DNA of 64,000 bases, from NCBI GenBank assembly GCA_963677895.2, contig CAXXGJ010000038.1, forward strand, positions 606,826-670,825, read 5' to 3'. Positions 1-9,538 of the stretch are shown here, one piece after another (position 1 is the first letter of the stretch; each line of letters begins with the position of its first letter). The notes beneath the pieces were generated by a model. It saw nothing but the letters and a program-made list of their open reading frames with translations, was not told where the DNA came from and ran no database searches. The translations under genes were made by a program, and so were the position numbers. Source of the stretch: Treponemataceae bacterium. Lineage in GTDB: Bacteria > Spirochaetota > Spirochaetia > Treponematales > Rectinemataceae.

Positions 1-450
1 ATCATGCTGACCTTCGCTCCAGCCGCCGCCATGGGCGCGGTATTGTCGCTGCTCGGCGTGCCGCAGTCGATCACCGCCTTCCTGTTTGGGATTTCCAGCA
101 ACAAGATCGTCATTCTCCTCATCGTGAACGTTTTCCTCCTCTTCGTCGGCATGGTCATGGATACCACATCGGCGAACATCATCTTCTCGCCGATTCTCCT
201 GGCCGCGCTTCTGCCGTACGGAGTGGACCCAGTTCACTTCGGCCTCCTGATGACGGTCAACCTGGCCATCGGTTTCGTGACGCCTCCCGTCGCCGCCAAC
301 CTCTTCGTGGCTTCGGGCATGACGGGCATACCGCTCGACAAGATTGTGCGGAAGGCATGGCCCTTCATCGCGGCGATGTTCGTCGCCTTGATGGTGCTTA
401 CGTACATACCGGCGACCAGCATAGGGTTGTTGAAGTTGATGGGAAAATAA
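1..450 (+). CDS. dctM: TRAP transporter large permease (C-terminal part, truncated by window edge)
   Basis: Hydrophobic ORF with DctM motifs GVDPVHFG..M.VNLAIGF.TPP...NLFV; stop TAA at 448-450. Confidence 0.9.
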   Translation: MMLTFAPAAAMGAVLSLLGVPQSITAFLFGISSNKIVILLIVNVFLLFVGMVMDTTSANIIFSPILLAALLPYGVDPVHFGLLMTVNLAIGFVTPPVAANLFVASGMTGIPLDKIVRKAWPFIAAMFVALMVLTYIPATSIGLLKLMGK

Positions 451-470
451 TCCAGGGGAAAATAGAGAAT

Positions 471-519
471 AGGGAAGCGATCCGATGGCAAGACTGCCGG
501 ATTGCTTCCCTTTTTTTTA
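471..519 (+). terminator. Rho-independent terminator
   Basis: AGGGAAGCGATCCG...CGGATTGCTTCCCT stem followed by a T run. Confidence 0.85.
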
Positions 520-638
520 TACATACCTCCGCCGCGCTACACCTAGCCCTGCTCCTCTCGATTGACTAGCCTGCACACCCTTCGGATTCCGATAAAATCG
601 CCGATCGCCTCAATAAGATATAAAAAAATAAAAAAAGG

Positions 639-667
639 TTGACATATACAAAAACCCAGTCTACTGT
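639..667 (+). promoter_or_regulatory. sigma70-type promoter for the 727-15397 operon
   Basis: TTGACA (639-644), 17 bp, TACTGT (662-667), preceded by an A-rich UP-like tract. Confidence 0.7.
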
Positions 668-673
668 TCATCA

Positions 674-709
674 ATCATGCATGATGCATCATATATTTTA
701 TGATGCATC
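674..709. promoter_or_regulatory. Palindromic operator array (ATGCAT-core), probable GntR site
   Basis: Palindromes ATCATGCATGAT (674-685) and ATGATGCATCAT (681-692); inverted repeat GATGCATCAT-N7-ATGATGCATC (683-709) just downstream of the -10. Confidence 0.6.
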
Positions 710-726
710 TAGAATAGGAGGATCTT

Positions 727-1872
727 ATGAAAAAGCTCTCTCGAAAGGTTTTCGTAGGCTTGATTCTGCTCATCCTCATAAACGGCAACGTTTGGGGACA
801 GGGAAAAATCGACCCATCGAAGCCGATTAAAATTGCTCTCAGCGCCCCGTTCACAGGGCTGGGGTCGATCCTGGGCGACTACATCAAGCAGGGCGCTTTG
901 CTCGCCATAGACGAGATCAACGCGGCCGGCGGAGTCGCTGGCGCGAAGTTCGACCTCGTGGTCTATGACGACCAGGCGAACGCGAGCACGGCGGCTACGG
1001 TCGTTCGCAGGGCGCTCTTCGACGACAGAGCAGTGGCAATATTCGGCCCGAACATGAGCGCGGCGGTCATCGGCGTACATACCCTCGCCCAGCAGGCCAA
1101 GAAACCCATGCTCGTGGGAGCCACCTCCCCTTCCTTCCGCTTCGACAAGGTAAAGAACGACTATCTATTCAGACTTCGCGCCGATGACGGCATCAAAGTC
1201 GCCCAGCAAGTCAAGTACATAGCGGAAGTGCTCAAGGCGAAAAGACCGGGCGTCATCGTCGGATCCACGGACTATTGCACTTCGGCGCTCGATGTCGCCA
1301 AAGAAGCCTTCGCGAAATACGGCATCAAGATCGTCGATATCGAGAACATGAAAGAAGGCGACAAAGACGTCACCGCGCAGATCACCAAGCTCAAGAACGC
1401 GGGCATCGACTGTCTCGTCGGACTTACCCATGAGCCGGAAGCGGCCGTCGTGATGAAGCAGTATCGCCAGATGAAGCTCACCGCGCCTGTCGTCGGCTTC
1501 TCGGCTTGGGGCGTTCCCGCCTTCACGGACCTGGCCGGCGACGCGGCCGTGGGCGTAATCTCGGTACAAGGATTCAATCCCGCTGATACCGATCCGCCCG
1601 TGAAAGCCTTCGTGGATGCCTACAAGGCCAAGTGGGGCAGAGAGCCCAGCGATCCCGCCCAGTGCTATTATGATGGCGTTTACCTGCTGAAAAAGGCGAT
1701 CGAGACGGCCGGATCCACCGATTCCGTGAAGATTACCGAAGCCTTGGCGACCATCGAATACACTGGCGTACAGGGGAGAATGAAGATGGACGCGCTGCAC
1801 AATTACACCGACATCTGCTACATCTCGCAGTTCGACGGCAAGATATGGAAGATAATCACGAAGATTCAATAG
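727..1872 (+). CDS. ABC transporter substrate-binding protein, branched-chain amino acid (LivJ/K, Peripla_BP_6) family
   Basis: Signal peptide; IKIALSAPFTG, GALLAIDEINAAGGV, YDGVYLL, GVQG motifs; RBS AGGAGG. Confidence 0.9.
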   Translation: MKKLSRKVFVGLILLILINGNVWGQGKIDPSKPIKIALSAPFTGLGSILGDYIKQGALLAIDEINAAGGVAGAKFDLVVYDDQANASTAATVVRRALFDDRAVAIFGPNMSAAVIGVHTLAQQAKKPMLVGATSPSFRFDKVKNDYLFRLRADDGIKVAQQVKYIAEVLKAKRPGVIVGSTDYCTSALDVAKEAFAKYGIKIVDIENMKEGDKDVTAQITKLKNAGIDCLVGLTHEPEAAVVMKQYRQMKLTAPVVGFSAWGVPAFTDLAGDAAVGVISVQGFNPADTDPPVKAFVDAYKAKWGREPSDPAQCYYDGVYLLKKAIETAGSTDSVKITEALATIEYTGVQGRMKMDALHNYTDICYISQFDGKIWKIITKIQ

Positions 1873-1900
1873 TCAGACTTTCTTAGCGTTCGCTTCTTTA

Positions 1901-1937
1901 TAGCCAATTCGGCCGGCATTCCCGGCCGAATTGGCTA
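1901..1937. other. Perfect 16-bp stem-loop after the SBP gene (probable mRNA-stabilising hairpin)
   Basis: TAGCCAATTCGGCCGG-CATTC-CCGGCCGAATTGGCTA, no U-tract. Confidence 0.65.
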
Positions 1938-1964
1938 AATTCCAGGCTTTGAGAGGAAACATCC

Positions 1965-2858
1965 ATGCTTTTTAATGATCTTCTTCAAAATATTATTGGC
2001 GGTGTAACCGTGGGGTCCACCTATGGACTTATAGGCCTCGGCGTCGTTTTCCTCTGGCAAAGCATAAACAGGATAAATTTCGCGAACATAAGTTCGGCGA
2101 TGCTTGCCGCGTACTTGTTTTACACATTCTACACTCAGTTGCATTTCGGTTTTTTTCTATCCTTCATCTGTTCGATACTGATCATCGCGATTTATGGAAT
2201 GCTATTGCGCTATCTCGTCTATGAACCGATCACCCGGCACGGCGGAGACAAACTCGAATTCGTGGTCGCTACGCTGATGCTGTGCATTTTATGGTTGTCG
2301 GTTATAAACGCCACCTTCGGAGGTCTTCCGAAGCCATTCCCGCCCGTTTTCGGCGAATCCACGAGTTTTGTCCAGCTAGGCCCGATCAGTATCTCTTCGG
2401 TCTATTTCTGGATATTCCTGGTCGTATTGTTGTTGATTCTCGGTCTTTACTTTCTTCTCCGAAAAACGTTCATCGGGAAAATGCTCAGGGCGACCGCGCA
2501 GAACAAGGAAGCCGCGGCGCTTATGGGCGTCAACGTCAACCTGACAACATCCATCGCCTTCATGATGGCGACCACGATAGTCGGCATAGCGGGCATTTTG
2601 CTGGCCCCTATATATTTCGTATCCCTGGAACTCGGGGGCGGATCGATCGGCGTGAAAGGATTCGCTTCCGCGGTGATGGGAGGCTTGATCGATCCTTTCG
2701 GCGCGATTCTCGGCGGAATCACGATAGGTTTGATCGAGAACTTTTCCACGCTTTTCATTTCGTCGGCCTACAAGGATATCATCTCCTTCATGATTCTCGT
2801 TGTCGTGCTGCTCTGGAAGCCGCGAGGCATTTTTAACTGGACAACCAAAGGAGACTGA
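1965..2858 (+). CDS. livH: Branched-chain amino acid ABC permease
   Basis: G.TYGLIGLG, INFA, GK.LRATAQN..AA.LMG, VMGG motifs. Confidence 0.9.
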   Translation: MLFNDLLQNIIGGVTVGSTYGLIGLGVVFLWQSINRINFANISSAMLAAYLFYTFYTQLHFGFFLSFICSILIIAIYGMLLRYLVYEPITRHGGDKLEFVVATLMLCILWLSVINATFGGLPKPFPPVFGESTSFVQLGPISISSVYFWIFLVVLLLILGLYFLLRKTFIGKMLRATAQNKEAAALMGVNVNLTTSIAFMMATTIVGIAGILLAPIYFVSLELGGGSIGVKGFASAVMGGLIDPFGAILGGITIGLIENFSTLFISSAYKDIISFMILVVVLLWKPRGIFNWTTKGD

Positions 2859-2862
2859 AGCA

Positions 2863-3864
2863 ATGCGCCAAATAATAAAACGAATCGTCTATTTCCTGTT
2901 TTTCGCCTTCCTCCTCTGCATGCCTCTGCTGAGCAGGAACGATTATGATCTTTTCGTGACCAATCGAGCCTTGTTGAATGTGATCTTGGCTTCAGGCTTG
3001 GTATTTCTCACCGGCTTCGCGGGGCAGATTTCTCTTGGTCAGGCAGGCTTCTCCGCGATCGGAGCATATACCTCGGCGCTCGTGACCGTGAAACTGGGAC
3101 TGCCCATTCCCGTCGGCATCCTCGCGGGTGTCACGCTCAGCGCTCTCGCTGGACTTTTGGTGGCTGTCCCTTCATTCAAGCTGAAGGCTTTCTTCCTTTC
3201 GCTAATGACGATCGCATTCGGGCAGATCGTATGGCTTTTGCTCGTGAATCTGACGAAGCTGACCGGGGGGTCCCAGGGTCTGTTCAACATTCCTCTCATG
3301 AAAATAGGGAATAATCTGTTTTCGAACACGATGTACTATTATGTGTTTCTCGCTTTCGCCGTCCTGTCTCTCGTTTTGATTAACCGGATAAAATATTCGC
3401 ATATCGGACGAAAGATGTTCGCGGTGAACGACGACGAAATCGCCGCCGAAGCCTGCGGAATCAACTCCAAAAACACGAAGATTATGGCGTTCAGCATTTC
3501 CGCCGCCCTGGCGGGACTCTCGGGCAGTCTCTACGCCCATATGTTGGGATTTCTCACTCCGGAGCCTTTTGTCTTTTTCGAATCGGGCAACGCGGTCGCG
3601 ATGGCCGTCGTCGGCGGCCTGCGCCACATGAGCGGCGGCGTTGTTGGAGGTGTACTGCTCACATGGCTTCCCGAACTGCTCCGTCTGAACATAAGGGGTT
3701 TCGAGAATTATTACCTGATCGTCAACTCATCCATCGTTCTCCTCATCATCATCTTCCTTCCAAAGGGGCTCGGAGCAAGCCTTTTCAATGGTCTATCACG
3801 GCTTTGGGGCGAAAATCCGCGAGCTATGACCTTGCGTAACCCAAAAGGCAAGGAGAAAGCATAA
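2863..3864 (+). CDS. livM: Branched-chain amino acid ABC permease
   Basis: GFAGQISLGQAGFSAIGAY, TGGSQG, A.NDDE.AA motifs; start chosen at ATG 2863 after AAGGAG. Confidence 0.9.
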   Translation: MRQIIKRIVYFLFFAFLLCMPLLSRNDYDLFVTNRALLNVILASGLVFLTGFAGQISLGQAGFSAIGAYTSALVTVKLGLPIPVGILAGVTLSALAGLLVAVPSFKLKAFFLSLMTIAFGQIVWLLLVNLTKLTGGSQGLFNIPLMKIGNNLFSNTMYYYVFLAFAVLSLVLINRIKYSHIGRKMFAVNDDEIAAEACGINSKNTKIMAFSISAALAGLSGSLYAHMLGFLTPEPFVFFESGNAVAMAVVGGLRHMSGGVVGGVLLTWLPELLRLNIRGFENYYLIVNSSIVLLIIIFLPKGLGASLFNGLSRLWGENPRAMTLRNPKGKEKA

Positions 3865-3866
3865 TC

Positions 3867-4631
3867 ATGTCGTATATTCTGGAAACGAAAGCGCTTACGA
3901 AAAAATTCGGCGGCATCGTCGCGAACAACGGGATCGACCTTTTAATAACGGAAGGAAAAACGACCGGTCTGATTGGCCCCAACGGTTCGGGCAAGACGAC
4001 CTTCATCAATCAGATTTCCGGCATTTTCCCTCCCACATCGGGAAGCATCAAATTCAAGGGAACGGAGATATCGCAGCAACCGGCGTGCAAAGTAGCCTCC
4101 ATGGGAATCGCCAGGACTTTTCAAAGAATCCAGCTTTTCGATCGGCTGAATGTTCTGGAGAATGTATTGGTTCCAAGGGGCAAATTCATCTCGTCATCGC
4201 TTTTTGACGTGGCGTTCAGGTCAAAAAAACTGCGCCGCGAAGAAGACCAGCAATACGAAAAGTCGATGGAACTTCTGCGATTGTTGGGCCTCGAAAGCGA
4301 CGCGATGACCTATCCGTCCAAGCTTCCATACGGTAAAAGGCGCGCGCTGGAAATTGCCCGGGCTCTCGCGCTCGAACCTTCCCTGCTACTGCTCGACGAA
4401 CCAGCGGCCGGAATGACGAAGGAAGAATTTGTTGAGGTATTGCGCATCATGGATATACTCAAGGAAAAGAAAATCACCATGCTGCTGGTCGAACACACCA
4501 TGGAATTCATCAGAAAAGCCGTCGATTGGGTATATGTGCTTAATTTCGGCGAAGTGATCGCCCAGGGACCATTCGAGGAGATTGAAAAGAACAGGGCGGT
4601 CATAACCGCCTATTTGGGAGACGAAGAATGA
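3867..4631 (+). CDS. livG: ABC ATP-binding protein
   Basis: GPNGSGKTT, GIARTFQ, LPYG, LLLDEPAAG, VEH. Confidence 0.92.
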   Translation: MSYILETKALTKKFGGIVANNGIDLLITEGKTTGLIGPNGSGKTTFINQISGIFPPTSGSIKFKGTEISQQPACKVASMGIARTFQRIQLFDRLNVLENVLVPRGKFISSSLFDVAFRSKKLRREEDQQYEKSMELLRLLGLESDAMTYPSKLPYGKRRALEIARALALEPSLLLLDEPAAGMTKEEFVEVLRIMDILKEKKITMLLVEHTMEFIRKAVDWVYVLNFGEVIAQGPFEEIEKNRAVITAYLGDEE

Positions 4632-5359
4632 ATGGCAATCACGAAGCTATGCTCGAAATCGAAAACCTGAAAGTGGCGTATAACGGTATAACCGCGCTTA
4701 GATCCATTTCCATGTATGTCAATAAAGGTGAGGTGGTATCGGTTCTGGGCCCCAATGGGGCCGGAAAAACGACGCTCCTGCGCACGATTTCGGGACTGGT
4801 GAAGCCGGAGAGCGGCTCCAGCATCAAGTTCTGCGGCGCGCAACTTGTGGGCAAACCGGCATACACTATCGTCAAGGAAGGCGTTGCGCATGTTCCGGAA
4901 GGTAGACAGGTGTTTCCGGCGATGTCGGTGAACGAGAACCTCGAAGTCGCGGCCACCAGAATTCCGGGCTCTTCGCGCAAGGCGAAAATCGATGAGGTTT
5001 ATCAGCTCTTTCCGGAACTGGTAACCCGAAAGAATCAGCAGGCCGGATCCTTGAGCGGCGGCGAACAGCAGATGCTCGCCATCGGAAGGGCGATCGTCTC
5101 CAAATGCGATCTCGTCTTGATCGACGAACCTTCCATGGGTTTGGCCCCCGTTATCGTCCAGAGAATTTTCAGGACTTTGAAGGAAATCGTGAAGAACACG
5201 AAACTCACGCTTCTGATCGTGGAGCAAAACGCCAAGCTGTCCCTGCCGTTGAGCGATCGCATCTATATTCTGTCGCAGGGATCGATCGTCATGGAAGGCC
5301 CGGTGTCGGAGATCCACTCCAACCAGATGATCCAGGACATGTATTTCGCGAAAGATTGA
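4628..5359 (+). CDS. livF: ABC ATP-binding protein
   Basis: GPNGAGKTT, VPEGRQVF, LSGGEQQMLAIGR, DEPSMGLAP, VEQN. Confidence 0.92.
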   Translation: MNGNHEAMLEIENLKVAYNGITALRSISMYVNKGEVVSVLGPNGAGKTTLLRTISGLVKPESGSSIKFCGAQLVGKPAYTIVKEGVAHVPEGRQVFPAMSVNENLEVAATRIPGSSRKAKIDEVYQLFPELVTRKNQQAGSLSGGEQQMLAIGRAIVSKCDLVLIDEPSMGLAPVIVQRIFRTLKEIVKNTKLTLLIVEQNAKLSLPLSDRIYILSQGSIVMEGPVSEIHSNQMIQDMYFAKD

Positions 5360-5436
5360 GACGAAGTCGTCTGGAGCAGGCAATATCGAATATTTTTGAC
5401 GGCAAATTTATATAGCAAAGCTAGGAGGAAACGGAA

Positions 5437-6705
5437 ATGACAAACGAGTTACATGAATTAAAAGGCATGCCCATGAAAGGCACGCCATATTTTGACGCAC
5501 AGCGCTGGGTCTCCCCCCAGAATTACCTCGAAGGAGCCTCGTACGCCAAGCTGCCGAAAAGGGTCAGCATCCACGACGTCACCCTTCGGGACGGCGAGCA
5601 GACCTGCGGGCTTGTGTGGAGGGAAGATGACCGCGTCAGGATCGGCGAAGCCCTCGACGAGCTCGGCGTCGACCGCATCGAGGTGGGCATGCCCATCATC
5701 TCCGACGAGAACCGCAGGGCGATCAAGCGCCTGAAACAGATGCATCTCAAAAGCGAGATCGTCGCGTTCTGCAGGGCTATGCCCAAGGATATCGAGGCGG
5801 CCCTCGAAGTGGGCGTCGACCGTATCATCGTCGAACATGCGGTCAATCCCTACCTGAACGCCTATGTCTATCACAGCACCATGGATCAGGTCGTCGAGAA
5901 AGTGACGAACTGCATCGAAATGGCCAGGAAGAACGGCACCAAGGTGAGTTTCATGGGTTGGGACGCGACGCGCTCTTCGATAGACTACGTGCTCGACACC
6001 TTCGGCAGGATCGCCGCGGCGGCCAACCCGGAAACCGTAGCCTTCGTCGACAGTTTCGGCGTGGGTACGCCTTCGGCCATACAGTTCGCCTTCGAGGAAC
6101 TGCGAAAGGTAATCCCCGAAAAAATTGGCCTCGAATTCCACGTCCACAACGAATTCGGTCTCGCCATGGGATCGGTGATAGCCGCCGTCATGGGAGGCGC
6201 GAGGACAATTCACTCTTCGATGAATGGACTCGGCGAGAGGACGGGAAACGTCGCTACGGAGCAAGTGGCCGCGGCGCTCAAAATCCTGCTCAACATCGAT
6301 TCCGGCGTCGACATATCCAAATTGTGGAACGTGTCGAAACTGGTGCAGGATATAGCGAAGCTGTCGCCCGCGTACAACAGTCCCGTCGTAGGCGAAAGAC
6401 TGTTCTGGGTCGAATCGGGCGTCGTCGTCGACGCTCTCGACAAGTTGAACGACGCCGGCATCAACGCGGCGATGACACCCTACATGCCCCAGCTGGTGGG
6501 CAGGCCAGGTCCGGAAATAAAATACGGGGCCTTCAGCGGAAACGCAAGCGTAAAGTATTACCTGCGGCAGAACGGCATCGAGGCGACGGAAGATCAGCTC
6601 GAGGAAATACTCGAGAGGATACATGGGGAAGGTCGCATCAGAAAGACGGTCCTCGAAGAATCCCTGATCGCGAAGATCGTCGGCGACGTGAAAGGAAAGG
6701 CATAA
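5437..6705 (+). CDS. DRE-TIM metallolyase, homocitrate/isopropylmalate/Re-citrate synthase-like (no LeuA regulatory domain)
   Basis: DVTLRDGEQ, HVHNEFG, GLGERTGN motifs; RBS AGGAGG. Confidence 0.8.
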   Translation: MTNELHELKGMPMKGTPYFDAQRWVSPQNYLEGASYAKLPKRVSIHDVTLRDGEQTCGLVWREDDRVRIGEALDELGVDRIEVGMPIISDENRRAIKRLKQMHLKSEIVAFCRAMPKDIEAALEVGVDRIIVEHAVNPYLNAYVYHSTMDQVVEKVTNCIEMARKNGTKVSFMGWDATRSSIDYVLDTFGRIAAAANPETVAFVDSFGVGTPSAIQFAFEELRKVIPEKIGLEFHVHNEFGLAMGSVIAAVMGGARTIHSSMNGLGERTGNVATEQVAAALKILLNIDSGVDISKLWNVSKLVQDIAKLSPAYNSPVVGERLFWVESGVVVDALDKLNDAGINAAMTPYMPQLVGRPGPEIKYGAFSGNASVKYYLRQNGIEATEDQLEEILERIHGEGRIRKTVLEESLIAKIVGDVKGKA

Positions 6706-6708
6706 AAC

Positions 6709-7761
6709 ATGTTGATTCTGGCGGTGAATCCCGGTTCCACATCGACGCGCACCGCTCTCTTCGAAGATGAGCGATGCGTCGACAGCGCCAAGATGGAACA
6801 TGCCGGCGATTTTCTGGATCTGCCGCTTTTCCCCGATCAGTATCGCGCTCGCAGGCAAAGCGTCCTCGATCATCTGGAGCGCATCGGCGTAGATCCCCGA
6901 CAGCTTGACGGTTTCGCCGCCCGAGGAGGGCGGCTTAAGCCCATACCGTCGGGCGTCTACCGGGTGAACGAAGAGATGGTCAGGCACGCGAAACGAGGAC
7001 TTCAAGGCCAGCATCCCGCGAACATCGCGGTGGTCATGGCTTGGGATTTCGAAAAGGAATTCGGCGTACCCGGCTACACGGTTGACCCCATCAGCGTCGA
7101 CGAATTGGACGAGACGGCGAGGATCACTGGCATAAAAGGCATTCGCCGGGCTTCGCTGTCGCATGCCCTTTCCATGAAATCGGTCGCGAAAAAAGCCGCC
7201 CGGGAGATCGGGATGGAATACGCCGATGCGGGGCTTATAGTGACCCATCTCGGCGGAGGAGGATCCATCAGCGCCCATCGACGAGGGAGAATGGTCGATC
7301 TCTACAACAGCGACCAGGAGGGCCCCTTCGCCGTGGAGCGGGCCGGCGGGCTTCCTACCCTCAAGCTGCTGGAATACATGGAGACGAAAGCGATTTCCAT
7401 ACCTGAAGCGGTAAAAGAGCTGGCGCACGAAGGCGGCATGGTCTCGCACTTTGGCGTGAGAGACATTCAGGATATACTGAAGCTTGCCGAAGAAGACGCG
7501 GGGGCCACGTCGGTCATCGACGCCTACGTCTACCAGATCGCGAAGGGAGTCTCCAGCTTCCTTCCTCTCTTTGGCGGCAGACCCGATGCCCTCGCCTTCA
7601 CGGGAGGCGTGGTCCATAGCGAAAAAATACGGGGGATGCTCGCCGACTCCCTCGGATTCGCCGGCCGGCTGCTCTGGTATCCAGGCGAATTCGAGATGGA
7701 GGCGCTCGCCGAAGGCGTCCGCGGCGTCTTAAGAGGCGGTCTTCTCCCCCTGGACTATTGA
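6709..7761 (+). CDS. buk: Butyrate/branched-chain carboxylate kinase
   Basis: ILAVNPGSTST, VDP.SVDE, HLGGG.SISAH, EGPF, TGG, PGE.EM.ALA. Confidence 0.88.
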   Translation: MLILAVNPGSTSTRTALFEDERCVDSAKMEHAGDFLDLPLFPDQYRARRQSVLDHLERIGVDPRQLDGFAARGGRLKPIPSGVYRVNEEMVRHAKRGLQGQHPANIAVVMAWDFEKEFGVPGYTVDPISVDELDETARITGIKGIRRASLSHALSMKSVAKKAAREIGMEYADAGLIVTHLGGGGSISAHRRGRMVDLYNSDQEGPFAVERAGGLPTLKLLEYMETKAISIPEAVKELAHEGGMVSHFGVRDIQDILKLAEEDAGATSVIDAYVYQIAKGVSSFLPLFGGRPDALAFTGGVVHSEKIRGMLADSLGFAGRLLWYPGEFEMEALAEGVRGVLRGGLLPLDY

Positions 7762-7838
7762 GGGCGCCGGGAAAAGCGTCCCGATCGGTTAAATATCGAC
7801 GGGGGCAGCCTATTTTGTTTGAAAGGAGATCGAGAGAT

Positions 7839-8708
7839 ATGGCGGAGCTATCGAAGACACTGGCTCGATGCATCCAGAAGGCGGAATCCCGCGCACAGGA
7901 TTTCAAGGTAGGCCTGATCTTTCCCGATGAGGGACTTGTGAGAACGGCGCTGCGGGCACGCGAAAACGGAGTAGCCGATTCCATAGCCTTCAGCCCCTCG
8001 ACTATAGAAGGAATCGAGACGGTCCTGGCGCGTAGCCCCGCGGAGGCCATCGAAAAAGCGCTGGAGTTCTGCCTCCGGGGAGACCTGGACAGTCTGGTGA
8101 AGGGTTTGGTCAACACCAACATCTTCCTCAAGGGCCTCGTAAAATCGGCCTTCCGTACCAGCTATATCACGCACTGTTCCATTCTCGACCTGCCCGGCTA
8201 CGAAAAGCCGATTGTCGTATCAGACGGTACCGTAACCCCCTATCCGGATCTGGCGCAGAAAGTCGAGATTGTGCTCAATGCCATCCGTTGTTCCAGGATC
8301 CTGGGCGAGACGACGCCCAAAGTGGCCATCCTCAGCGCCAACGAACTCGTGCTGCCGGGCATAACATCGGGAAGCGACGCGGCAGTTCTCTCGACCATGG
8401 CCAGAAGAGGTCAGATCGCCGGCGCGATCGTCGACGGGCCGATGGCCTTGGATTCGGCGCTCTCTCCCCTCGCCTGCGAAAAGAAAGGCCTTCGCTTTTC
8501 ATTCGTCCCCCCCGCCGATGTCCTGATCGCGCCGGACCTGGAGAGCGCGGCCATGTTGATCAAGGCGGCCGTCCACCTTGCCGGAGCCTCGGTGGGCGGG
8601 ATTCTTTGGGGAACGAAGTGTCCGATCGTCCTCACCTCGCGCGCGGATTCCGATGAAGCGAAATATCTTTCTCTCTGCGTTTGCAAACTGGCGGCGAAGG
8701 CGCAATGA
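7839..8708 (+). CDS. ptb: Phosphate butyryl/acyltransferase
   Basis: LVKG, PKVAILSA.E, VDGPMALD.A, PIVLTSRADS; start after GAAAGGAG. Confidence 0.85.
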   Translation: MAELSKTLARCIQKAESRAQDFKVGLIFPDEGLVRTALRARENGVADSIAFSPSTIEGIETVLARSPAEAIEKALEFCLRGDLDSLVKGLVNTNIFLKGLVKSAFRTSYITHCSILDLPGYEKPIVVSDGTVTPYPDLAQKVEIVLNAIRCSRILGETTPKVAILSANELVLPGITSGSDAAVLSTMARRGQIAGAIVDGPMALDSALSPLACEKKGLRFSFVPPADVLIAPDLESAAMLIKAAVHLAGASVGGILWGTKCPIVLTSRADSDEAKYLSLCVCKLAAKAQ

Positions 8709-9538
8709 AAAAATCCTACATGTGGATCGATCCTTCCCTCCCCCGAGACCATGCCATCACCGGCCTTGATCTGCCGCTCCCCGAAGCTTTGTCACGCATG
8801 AAAGGGCTCGGGTTTGATGGCGTCGAAGTCATGATTGGCGATCCGGACCTCTTCGATCGGGATGTTTTCGGGAAGGCTGTCCTGGCGCATGGCCTTGAAG
8901 TCAGCCAGCTGTGCACCGGCGAACTCTTCGGTTCCCTGAACCTCATGCTGAACGACCCTGACGGCTCGGCAAGGATGGCCGCGCTAAAGAAGGCCGAAAG
9001 CGTGATCAGGCTGGCCGGCAGCCTAGGCCGTAAGGTCGGGATCGGGCGCTTTCGCGGAAAAATATGGAATGGAGATGCAACGTCATCGCTCGAGGCGATG
9101 GCAGGATCCTTTTCCGCGCTCGACAGGCTCGCCGGCGAAGAGGGCGTGGAACTGCTGATCGAGCCCCTTAGGCCCGACATCTGCGACACGCTCAACACCG
9201 TATCGCAGGCATGCTCCTTCATGGACGCCGCCGGTCTTTCCAATTTCGGCTGGCTTCTGGACACCGATCACGTGGGGCTCGACCAGGAAGCCGGCATCGT
9301 GGAAAATATGCGCCGATTGGGTTTCGTGCACCTCGCGGACACCTTTCATGTCCCCATGGGCAGGGGAAAGATCGATTTCCCGCGATATTTCGAGCTGCTC
9401 GGACGGCTTGAATACGCTGGCTACTGCAGCGTCGAAGTCTTCGGGGACAAGAAAATGGGAGAATCCGTCTTTTTGGCCGAAATGGCCGAGAAACTTGAGG
9501 ATTATATAGGTCACAACAATCGGGAAGGTAAGGTATGA
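8705..9538 (+). CDS. Sugar phosphate isomerase/epimerase (AP_endonuc_2 TIM barrel; IolO/5-keto-L-gluconate epimerase-like)
   Basis: GFDGVE, IEP, LDT.H, HLAD, G.GKIDF, SVE metal-site motifs. Confidence 0.75.
   Translation: MKKSYMWIDPSLPRDHAITGLDLPLPEALSRMKGLGFDGVEVMIGDPDLFDRDVFGKAVLAHGLEVSQLCTGELFGSLNLMLNDPDGSARMAALKKAESVIRLAGSLGRKVGIGRFRGKIWNGDATSSLEAMAGSFSALDRLAGEEGVELLIEPLRPDICDTLNTVSQACSFMDAAGLSNFGWLLDTDHVGLDQEAGIVENMRRLGFVHLADTFHVPMGRGKIDFPRYFELLGRLEYAGYCSVEVFGDKKMGESVFLAEMAEKLEDYIGHNNREGKV

Noticed and set aside
5458..7617. 719-aa antisense ORF
   Set aside because: Shadow of the DRE-TIM and buk genes; no motifs; expected from high-GC codon bias
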